Below, piece after piece: positions 25,005 to 32,474 of a stretch of 36,681 nt of DNA. Location of the stretch: contig JAFVZE010000299.1 in assembly GCA_017508315.1 (NCBI GenBank), positions 1 through 36,681 of the forward strand, given 5' to 3'. Positions within the stretch are counted from its first letter, which is position 1, and each line of letters opens with the position of its first letter. A program made the position numbers and the translations under genes. The DNA is from Kiritimatiellia bacterium. GTDB lineage: Bacteria > Verrucomicrobiota > Kiritimatiellia > RFP12 > UBA1067. The notes under the pieces were generated by a model that saw only the letters and a list, made by a program, of their open reading frames with translations, was not told the origin of the DNA and searched no databases.

Positions 25005-25678
25005 CCGCATGGCTCGCCACGCTCCTGTTCGCCTTGTGCTTCGCCGGTGTCGCCTGGTGCATCGTCGGTTCGATCAGGATAAAATCCGGCTGGCAGAACG
25101 GCACTTCGCCGCTTGCGCGGTATCTCGACTTCCGCCGCCGCGAAGCGTTCAACGCGCAGCTCCCGGAGGCGCTCTCGACGATGTCGAACGCTCTCAGGGC
25201 GGGTTTTTCCGTTTCCCAGGCGTTCGATTCCGTGGTGGACCGCGGCGAGGATCCGATGAGCGAGGAGTTCCGGATCCTCCAGCAGCAGCTGAAGATCGGC
25301 ATGGGTTTTGAAGAAGCGCTCGAATCGATGGCGGGCAGAGTCGGCTCCGACGACTTGACTCTGGTCACGACCGCCATCCTCATAAGCCGCAAGACCGGAG
25401 GAAACGTCACCGAGATATTCGACAAGATATCCGAGACGATCCGCGGACGCATGAAGATCGAGCGTAAGGTGAAGTCGCTGACGGCGCAGGGAAGAATGCA
25501 GGGGATCATCGTTTCGGTTCTGCCGTTTTTCCTTGCGGCGGTGATGACGGCCATAAAGCCCGGACTCATGCTTCCTTTTTTTGCGAGCGCGGCCGGGATG
25601 CTGGCGATGCTGTTCACCGTCGCGCTTATCCTGATGGGATGGCTGATAATCCGTAAAATCGTCAAGATAGACGTATAG
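25001..25678 (+). CDS. TadB/TadC-type platform protein with a single T2SSF domain
   Basis: LPEALSTMSNALRAGFSVSQAF ... GNVTEIFDKISETIR ... KVKSLTAQGRMQG pattern of T2SSF domains. ATGA overlap with cpaF. Confidence 0.75.
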   Translation: MTAWLATLLFALCFAGVAWCIVGSIRIKSGWQNGTSPLARYLDFRRREAFNAQLPEALSTMSNALRAGFSVSQAFDSVVDRGEDPMSEEFRILQQQLKIGMGFEEALESMAGRVGSDDLTLVTTAILISRKTGGNVTEIFDKISETIRGRMKIERKVKSLTAQGRMQGIIVSVLPFFLAAVMTAIKPGLMLPFFASAAGMLAMLFTVALILMGWLIIRKIVKIDV

Positions 25679-25691
25679 TGCGTTCAGAAAG

Positions 25692-27065
25692 ATGCCGAAG
25701 ATGGGAAAGATGATTGAGAAAGCCCTCTCCTACACCACCGACACGAAGGAATGCGTGATCGCCCCCGGCGCGGTGGAGAGCGCGGCTAAAATGTTCACCG
25801 GCCTTTTCCCGGGCGCGGGCGAGGCGTATCTCGTGTTCGACCCCAATACGTGGAAGGTCGCCGGAGAGAGGGTTGATGCGCTTTTGAGCGCGGCGGGAGT
25901 CGCCGTGCGCCGCCATGAGCTCGGAGCCGACGGAAAGCCGTTTCATGCGGAGTACCGCTGGATCGAGGAGGTCCGCGGGAGGTATCTCGCCGCGTTTCCC
26001 GGGGCGAAGGTTCCGATGGTCGCCGTCGGCTCGGGGACCGTCAACGATATCGTCAAGCGCACTTCGGAGGAGGTCGGCGTCAGGTACATGGTCGTCGGCA
26101 CCGCCGCGTCCATGGACGGTTATACCAGTTTCGGCGCGGCGATCACCAGGGACGGCATGAAGCAGACGCTTTCCTGCAAAGCTCCGCTCGGCTGCATCTT
26201 GGACAGCCGGATAGCCGCCGCCGCTCCGAAGGAGATGACGGCCTCGGGGTATGCCGATCTGATCGCGAAAATCCCCGCCGGCGCCGACTGGATGCTTGCC
26301 GATGCCGCAGGCTCCGAGGCGATACATCCCGTTGCGTGGGAGCTGGTGCAGGATTCGCTGCGCGACGCGCTCGACAATCCGGCGGGCTGCGCGGCGGGGG
26401 ATGTCGCGGAGGTGGAGAAACTCTGCGCGGGACTGGCGATGAGCGGTTTTGCGATGCAGGCGATGAATTCCTCCCGTCCGGCTTCCGGCACCGAACACCA
26501 GATATCCCATTACTGGGACATGGAAGATCTTTCTTTCGGGGGAAAAACGGTGTCGCACGGTTTCAAAGTCGGGATCGGCACGTTGGCTTCGACCAGAACC
26601 CTGGAATTTCTGTTGAGCCGTGACATCGCGAATCTGGACGTCGAGGCTGCGGTCGCGGCGTGGTGGCCGGATTTCGAATCGCTCAAAGCCTCCTTCCCCG
26701 GAGTCTTCGGAAATCGTCCCGCGCATATCCGCCGCGCGGAACTGGAGATGGTTAAGAAATATTCGACCCCGCAGGCGCTTCGGGAGGAACTCGGCAACAT
26801 CAGGCGCGTCTGGCCGGAGCTTTCCGGAAGAATCAGATCCCAGCTGATGCCGTTCGAGGAGGTCCGCGCCAAGCTGAAGGCGGCGGGAGCGGCGTACGAG
26901 CCGGAGATGATAGGAGTGGACCGTCTGCGCTTCAGGGAGACGTTTGCCGGGGTTCCGTATATGCGCAGCCGCTATTTCGCGCTCGATCTCGTCGAACGGC
27001 TTTCGCTGATGCCGGCGCTCGGACGGGAGTTGTTCGGGGCGGGCGGAACATGGGAAGTCAGGTAG
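25692..27065 (+). CDS. Fe-ADH_2 / sn-glycerol-1-phosphate dehydrogenase-like (AraM/EgsA family) oxidoreductase
   Basis: GSGTVNDIVK, GTAASMDGYTS, SGTEHQISHYWD and SHGFKVG follow the G1PDH family pattern, with an extra C-terminal extension of about 100 aa. Confidence 0.6.
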   Translation: MPKMGKMIEKALSYTTDTKECVIAPGAVESAAKMFTGLFPGAGEAYLVFDPNTWKVAGERVDALLSAAGVAVRRHELGADGKPFHAEYRWIEEVRGRYLAAFPGAKVPMVAVGSGTVNDIVKRTSEEVGVRYMVVGTAASMDGYTSFGAAITRDGMKQTLSCKAPLGCILDSRIAAAAPKEMTASGYADLIAKIPAGADWMLADAAGSEAIHPVAWELVQDSLRDALDNPAGCAAGDVAEVEKLCAGLAMSGFAMQAMNSSRPASGTEHQISHYWDMEDLSFGGKTVSHGFKVGIGTLASTRTLEFLLSRDIANLDVEAAVAAWWPDFESLKASFPGVFGNRPAHIRRAELEMVKKYSTPQALREELGNIRRVWPELSGRIRSQLMPFEEVRAKLKAAGAAYEPEMIGVDRLRFRETFAGVPYMRSRYFALDLVERLSLMPALGRELFGAGGTWEVR

Positions 27066-27084
27066 AGAAAGACGGGGACGAACA

Positions 27085-27714
27085 ATGAAAGAATGGTATG
27101 TGAGAACCGAAGAAGGCAGCGTTTACGGACCGGCGGATGTCGATTCGCTCGTGGAATGGGCGAAGGACGGTCGGATCGCGCCTTCATCGTTCATTTCTAA
27201 AGACAGGATTTCGTGGGTTCCCGCCCAGACGATGGGCGAGTTGGAGATGAAGTGGCTGGTGGAAACGGAGCCCGGCAAGGTTTTCGGGCCGTTCAACCGC
27301 AAGGTCGTCATTTCGATTTTTGGCGACGGAAGCGTTCCGGCCGGTGCAAAAGCATACCGGCTGCACGAGTTCCCGGTGGACGAAGATCCGCCGCCGGTGG
27401 AGAAGATCGTCGAGATTCCGGTGGAAAAAATCGTGGAAGTCGAAAAGGTTGTCGAGGTCGAGAAGATCGTCGAAGTGGAAAAGGTGATCGAGAAGATCGT
27501 CGAGGTTGAGCCTAAGGCGCGGGTCGAACTGATTGTTCCGGAAGCGGTCGAGCCGGTCGGTGCGGAACCTCCGCCCAAGGCGAAGGATTCGCTCTTCGGC
27601 TCGTTGGGAAAGAACGGTTTGGCCGCGCTTGAGGCGCAGGCCCGTCGTGAATTGGCCGCGGCCAAGGGAGGTTTTTTCTCCCTGCCCGGCGGAAAGTTCG
27701 GGAGGAAGCGTTGA
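27085..27714 (+). CDS. GYF_2 (DUF4339)-like domain protein with (V/I)EKIVE repeats
   Basis: WYVRTEEGSVYGPADVDSLVEWAKDGRIAPSSFI..WVPA, then a second degenerate module, then 38 codons of EKIVE-type repeats and a basic tail. Confidence 0.7.
   Translation: MKEWYVRTEEGSVYGPADVDSLVEWAKDGRIAPSSFISKDRISWVPAQTMGELEMKWLVETEPGKVFGPFNRKVVISIFGDGSVPAGAKAYRLHEFPVDEDPPPVEKIVEIPVEKIVEVEKVVEVEKIVEVEKVIEKIVEVEPKARVELIVPEAVEPVGAEPPPKAKDSLFGSLGKNGLAALEAQARRELAAAKGGFFSLPGGKFGRKR
27397..27510 (+). repeat. In-frame coding repeat VEKIVEIPVEKIVEVEKVVEVEKIVEVEKVIEKIVEVE
   Basis: Imperfect repeat units of 12-24 nt read directly from the DNA. Shares atcgtcgagattccggtggaaaa with 28126-28148. Confidence 0.9.
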
Positions 27715-29138
27715 TGAACATCTCCAAATGGTATCTGCGAACCCAGGATGAAACTTTCGGCCCGGAAACCGGCGAACAGCTGGTCGCCTGGGCGAAACTC
27801 GGGCGCATCCAGCCCGGACAGGAGATTTCCGACGACAATATCATCTGGCGCCGGGTGGAGGAGGTGCCGTTTCTGGATATGCGCTTTTCCATCGATATAG
27901 GGGACGGCAATCCCCGCGGGCCTTTCAACAAGGCCGCCGCGCAGGCGCTGCTTTCGAGCGGCCGACTGCCGCCGACGGCCAGCATGGTCGAAGTGCGCGA
28001 GCCGTTTCCCGAGGAAACCGTCGACCGGGAGGAGCCGTCGGAAGCGGATGAAACGGCGGAGGGGGAGAAAGTTCCCGACGAGGCGGAGAAGGAAGTCGGG
28101 GCGGTGGAGAGGATTGTCGAGAAAATCGTCGAGATTCCGGTGGAAAAGATCGTCGAGAAGGAAGTGCGTGTGGAAATCCCGGTGGAGAAGATCGTCGAAA
28201 AGACCGTGATCGACGAAACGAGGGTGAAGGAACTTGAAGGGTTGCTCGCCGAAGAGCGCAGGCATACCGCGGATCTGCAGCGCCGGGTCGACGAATCGCT
28301 CGGGAACGCAGCGGCCGCCGCGCGTGAAGCTGCGGAAAAGGAAAGTTCCCTCTCGGTGCAGGTGAGCGAGCGCGACGGCAGAATCCGCGAACTTGAAGGC
28401 GCCTTGTCGGTCAAGGAGTCGGCGCTCAAAGATGCCGTCGACCGTGAAAACCTGCATGCGGAACAGATTCGCCGTCTTGAGGACGAACTGCGCCGGCTGC
28501 CGCAGGCCGCGAGCGAGGTCGCGGACATCCAGGCGGCGATATTCACGATAATGTCGCGGGAGTCCGAAGAGCTCGCCAGACTGGCCGAAATCGAAAAGAA
28601 GGAGTTCGATGAGTTCCGCAAGCGCCATCAGGAGCGGGTGGATCGCCTGCAGGAGCGGCGTCGCGACATACTCAAACGCTCGGGGTCGAACATCGAGGAG
28701 ATGACCCGCAGGGCGCTGATCGAACGGCCGGAGGATCCGCGCACCGCGCAGCTGCGCACCGAGCTCGACGAATTGCGCAGGATGCACGAAAAGGCGATGC
28801 GCGAAAGCGAAAGACGCATCGGCGAGCTCAACGGCAAGCTGCGTCTGCGGCAGACCGAAGAGGCCCGCGCGAAAGAGAATCTCAAGGATGTCACGCAGCT
28901 GCGCTCGGAGGTTCAGGCGCTGCGCGAACAGCTGCAGCTGCGGGAAAAGGAACTGCTCGCCGAGCGGCAGAAGAACGAAGAGCTCCAGCAGCGTCAGGCC
29001 ACCCGCCAGCAGGCGCTCATGGCGCGTATCGCCTCGCTTGAATCGCCGTCGATCGGGACCTCCCAGACGCTTTCGACGAATCAGAGCCGCGAGGCCAAAC
29101 AGGTGAAACTTCCGGGATGGATGAGACTGGGGCTGTGA
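27714..29138 (+). CDS. GYF_2-like domain protein with (V/I)EKIVE repeats and a long coiled-coil region (paralogue of the upstream gene)
   Basis: WYLRTQDETFGPETGEQLVAWAKLGRIQPGQEI..W, a second module, VERIVEKIVEIPVEKIVEKEVRVEIPVEKIVEK, then about 280 aa rich in heptad-like E/R/L/Q sequence. TTG 27711 is an alternative start. Confidence 0.7.
   Translation: MNISKWYLRTQDETFGPETGEQLVAWAKLGRIQPGQEISDDNIIWRRVEEVPFLDMRFSIDIGDGNPRGPFNKAAAQALLSSGRLPPTASMVEVREPFPEETVDREEPSEADETAEGEKVPDEAEKEVGAVERIVEKIVEIPVEKIVEKEVRVEIPVEKIVEKTVIDETRVKELEGLLAEERRHTADLQRRVDESLGNAAAAAREAAEKESSLSVQVSERDGRIRELEGALSVKESALKDAVDRENLHAEQIRRLEDELRRLPQAASEVADIQAAIFTIMSRESEELARLAEIEKKEFDEFRKRHQERVDRLQERRRDILKRSGSNIEEMTRRALIERPEDPRTAQLRTELDELRRMHEKAMRESERRIGELNGKLRLRQTEEARAKENLKDVTQLRSEVQALREQLQLREKELLAERQKNEELQQRQATRQQALMARIASLESPSIGTSQTLSTNQSREAKQVKLPGWMRLGL
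28104..28208 (+). repeat. In-frame coding repeat VERIVEKIVEIPVEKIVEKEVRVEIPVEKIVEKTV
   Basis: Second copy of the EKIVE-type repeat family, in the paralogous gene. Confidence 0.9.
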
Positions 29139-29139
29139 G

Positions 29140-30684
29140 ATGAACATACTGTTTGCCGTAATCGCCGCGCTTTCGATCTGGGACTATCCGGCCCGCCAGC
29201 CGACGCATGAGAAACTGCGCCGCCAGTTCATGGCGGCGATGAAGGAGGGCGATACGCCGTCGATGACGGATGCCTGCCGCAAAGGCGTCTCTCTGCTGCC
29301 CGACGATCCGACGTGGCGTTACAATCTCGCCTGTTCGCTGGCGTACTACAAGAATCCGGAACCGGCGTTCGACGAACTCGAAAAGGCGATCGATCTCGGT
29401 TTCCGCGATGCCGACGCGATCGAGCGCGACAGCGATCTCAAACGGATCAGCCGTCTGCCGCGTTTCCGCGAACTCGTCGATTACGCCCGCAGAATCCGCA
29501 CCAGACCGATCATGACCGGTCCGATGGCGAACGTGGCGGCGACGGGAATATTCGGCAAGACCGTTTCTCTGGGCGAGCAGAATCTGTCGTGGGACTTCGA
29601 CCACGGCTGTTTCGTCGCGAATCTGAAGCTTGCGCAGGCGTCCGCCGGGGGCAATTCCGGCGATCTTTATTTCAATCGCGACGCCCTGCATTCGGCGTTG
29701 CCGCTGGCGGATTTTCCGGGAATTACCGCAGTCCGGCTCGATCAGCAGGGACGGGAGCGGCAGATGGATCTCAATTTTCCGAATATGCTTTTCCCCTATC
29801 CCGTGTTCGGCAACTGTTCGCGGGCGTTCGTCGCCGGAAAATACTGGCGGTCGCTCTCCCGTGCGCTCACGACCATGGATTCGTGGCGGATGAAGGCGAT
29901 GGTGAAATTCTATCTTTCGAACCAGACATGGGTGTTTCCGTCCAACGCCGATACCGCGCCGGTGGGTACCAACGGCGATGTCTTCGCGTCCATCACCCCG
30001 TATTGGATCACGACCGCCGGCCGCAGTTATTCCGATCTGCCGTATCTGCGCGCGGCGCTTGAGGCGTCCCGTTCGTTCAGACCGGAAACGAAAAAGGCGG
30101 CGGTCGCCGCCGGATTGCTCGCGCCGACCGTTCAGACGCTGATCCGCAAATCGCTCAAGGGGGTGGATGACGAGGAGGACTACCTGACTTCCAAGGCCCA
30201 TCCGACGGCGTTCCCTCCCAATGCCGTCGAGATGATGCGTCTGTCCGCGGCCGCCGGAAAGATGAAGCCGGAGGAGATTCCGCCGCTTGCGATGATCGGA
30301 GTTACCACCATGCCGATGAAGAGCGCGGATCCCCGTCCGGAGCTTACGTACGCGAGCGCGTTCGCGTGGGCGTTCGTCCTCCGCGCCGATGCCGAAGAGC
30401 GTGTGTTTTTCATCAACGCCAGAGGCGCGCAGGAATTCGCTTTCGTCAAAACCCGCGGCGACGGCGTGGACGTGCGCATTGAGAAGACCTCTCCCGATAC
30501 CGCCAAGGTTCTGATCAACCGCAGGGGAATGTCGCCGACGAACCGGGTCGATGTCGCCGTGTTCGGAAAAAACGCCGCAACGGGATGGGGGGCGCCGAGC
30601 TACGTTTCGTTCGCCCGCATGGACAGCGGCGCGGCGTATTCCGATCCGGTGCTGACAACTCCGCCGCCGCCAGCCGAGAAATGA
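29140..30684 (+). CDS. Hypothetical protein: N-terminal anchor/signal, a TPR-like module, and a large unknown domain
   Basis: WRYNLACSLAYYKNPEPAFDELEKAIDLGFRDADAIERDSDLKRISRLPRFRELV is a common TPR-end pattern. I recognise nothing in the remaining ~390 aa. Confidence 0.6.
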   Translation: MNILFAVIAALSIWDYPARQPTHEKLRRQFMAAMKEGDTPSMTDACRKGVSLLPDDPTWRYNLACSLAYYKNPEPAFDELEKAIDLGFRDADAIERDSDLKRISRLPRFRELVDYARRIRTRPIMTGPMANVAATGIFGKTVSLGEQNLSWDFDHGCFVANLKLAQASAGGNSGDLYFNRDALHSALPLADFPGITAVRLDQQGRERQMDLNFPNMLFPYPVFGNCSRAFVAGKYWRSLSRALTTMDSWRMKAMVKFYLSNQTWVFPSNADTAPVGTNGDVFASITPYWITTAGRSYSDLPYLRAALEASRSFRPETKKAAVAAGLLAPTVQTLIRKSLKGVDDEEDYLTSKAHPTAFPPNAVEMMRLSAAAGKMKPEEIPPLAMIGVTTMPMKSADPRPELTYASAFAWAFVLRADAEERVFFINARGAQEFAFVKTRGDGVDVRIEKTSPDTAKVLINRRGMSPTNRVDVAVFGKNAATGWGAPSYVSFARMDSGAAYSDPVLTTPPPPAEK

Positions 30685-31634
30685 AGCTCGTCCTCGCACC
30701 TTTGGCCGGTTTCACCGACGCTCCCTTCAGACAGATGTGCTTCGAGGGCGGGGCGGATATGGCCTATACCGAAATGGTCAGCGCCGCCGGGCTCGCGCAC
30801 GGAAGTTCGCCCACGCGGCATCTGATGGAAACGCTTCCCGGCGAAGGGAAACTGGCCTGTCAGATATTCGGCTCCAGAGTTTCGGATGTGGCATATGCCG
30901 CGAAAATCGCCACCGAGACCGGGAGATTCCGCGAGCTGAATCTCAATGCCGGATGTCCGATGCCGAAAGTGACCCGCGAAGGCGCGGGGGCGAAACTCAT
31001 CGAAAACCCCCGTCTGATCGCGCAGCTGCTCAAGGCGATGACGGACAACACCGATCTGCCGGTCACGCTGAAAACCCGTCTCGGTCCGCATCCCGGACGG
31101 ACCAATGTTTTCGAGATCGCCGAAGAGGCCGCGCGCGCGGGCGCCGCCGGGATCATCGTCCACGCCCGCTACACGAGTCAGATGCACGGCGGACCGGTCC
31201 ATCTCGAAAAACTCTCGGAACTGGTGCGCCGCAGTCCGCTGCCGGTAACCGGAAACGGTTCGGTGACCAATGCCGCGGAACTCTCGGCGATGTCGCAATG
31301 CGCGGTGGATGCGGTCATGATCGGCCGCGCCGCGCTGGCGAAGCCGTCGCTTTTCTCGGAATTGAAAGGTGCGCCTCCGGAAAAAGCGTCCGCCGCGGAG
31401 ATGTGCGAACGGCATCTCGGCCACATTCTGTCGTTCCGCGAACAGTTGGCGCGCAGGTATCCGCTCGATCACGTGCCGTCGGCGGACGGATTTTCTTCGG
31501 TCAAGATGCATACGCATCTTTTCCGCTATTTCAACGGCAGACCCGGCGCGGCGGCGTTGCGCGCCCGCCTCAGCACGGTAAGAACACTCGCCGAGATCAG
31601 GGAGATAATCGAAAATGAAAAAAGTGTCGATTGA
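30681..31634 (+). CDS. dus: tRNA-dihydrouridine synthase
   Basis: LAPLAGFTDAPFRQM, EMVSA and LNAGCPMPKV (catalytic Cys) motifs. ATGA overlap with the upstream gene. Confidence 0.88.
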   Translation: MKLVLAPLAGFTDAPFRQMCFEGGADMAYTEMVSAAGLAHGSSPTRHLMETLPGEGKLACQIFGSRVSDVAYAAKIATETGRFRELNLNAGCPMPKVTREGAGAKLIENPRLIAQLLKAMTDNTDLPVTLKTRLGPHPGRTNVFEIAEEAARAGAAGIIVHARYTSQMHGGPVHLEKLSELVRRSPLPVTGNGSVTNAAELSAMSQCAVDAVMIGRAALAKPSLFSELKGAPPEKASAAEMCERHLGHILSFREQLARRYPLDHVPSADGFSSVKMHTHLFRYFNGRPGAAALRARLSTVRTLAEIREIIENEKSVD

Positions 31635-32013
31635 CTATCGCGTGCCTTATGCCGACACCGACCAGATGGGAGTCGTCTACTACGGCAATTATCTTACGTT
31701 TTTCGAGCGCGCCCGCAATGAGCTGATGCGCGTGTGCGGGTATACGTACCGCGAATTCGAGGCGGACGGATGCATGCTGCCGGTCATTCACGCGCAGCTC
31801 GACTACCATCGTCCGGCCCGCTACGACGATCTGCTGGAGATCACCGCGTTCGTGCAGGCGCAAAAGGGGGTGCGGCTCGAAATCGCCTGCGAGGTGCGGC
31901 GCAAAGGGGAGGAGGAGATTCTGGTAAAAGGATTTACCCGCCACGTGTGCGTTTCGTCTTCGGATTTCCGTCCCTGCCCGCTCCCGGAACGGTTTCTCGG
32001 GATAATCCGATGA
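31615..32013 (+). CDS. YbgC/4HBT-family acyl-CoA thioesterase
   Basis: VPYADTDQMGVVYYGNYLTFFERAR hotdog-fold signature. Confidence 0.8.
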   Translation: MKKVSIDYRVPYADTDQMGVVYYGNYLTFFERARNELMRVCGYTYREFEADGCMLPVIHAQLDYHRPARYDDLLEITAFVQAQKGVRLEIACEVRRKGEEEILVKGFTRHVCVSSSDFRPCPLPERFLGIIR

Positions 32014-32474
32014 TCTGCGACGACGAATACTACATGGCTATCGCGCTGAGGGAGGCCGAGAAGGCCGCCGAGGACGGCGAAGTGCCGACCGGCTGCGTGA
32101 TAGTCGACTCGCAGGAGCGCATTCTTGCGCGGGCGCACAACCGTACCGAGGGCCTCAACGACGCCACCGCCCACGCCGAAATGCTCGCCCTGAGCGCCGC
32201 GTTCGCCGCGAAGGGCAACTGGCGGCTGACCGGATGCAGGCTGTATGTCACCAAAGAGCCGTGTCCGATGTGCGCCGGAGCGATCGTTCTTTCCCGCGTC
32301 GACCGCGTCGTCTGGGGCGTCGGGGACGATAAGCGCGGCGGCGGCAGCGTGTTCGGGATTTTCAATCACCACGGCATAAACCATCATCCGGAAACGCTCG
32401 GAGGGGTCTTGGAAGAGCCGTGCAGGTCGGTGTTGCAGGAATTTTTCCGCAGAAGGAGGGCTGAACATGTTTGA
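32010..32474 (+). CDS. tadA: tRNA-specific adenosine deaminase
   Basis: HAEMLAL and PCPMCAGA zinc-binding deaminase motifs. ATGA overlap with the upstream gene. Confidence 0.9.
   Translation: MICDDEYYMAIALREAEKAAEDGEVPTGCVIVDSQERILARAHNRTEGLNDATAHAEMLALSAAFAAKGNWRLTGCRLYVTKEPCPMCAGAIVLSRVDRVVWGVGDDKRGGGSVFGIFNHHGINHHPETLGGVLEEPCRSVLQEFFRRRRAEHV

Noticed and set aside
27397-28208. EKIVE repeat DNA considered as an intergenic repeat or mobile element
   Set aside because: Both blocks are in frame within long ORFs and keep a consistent amino-acid periodicity, so they are coding repeats.
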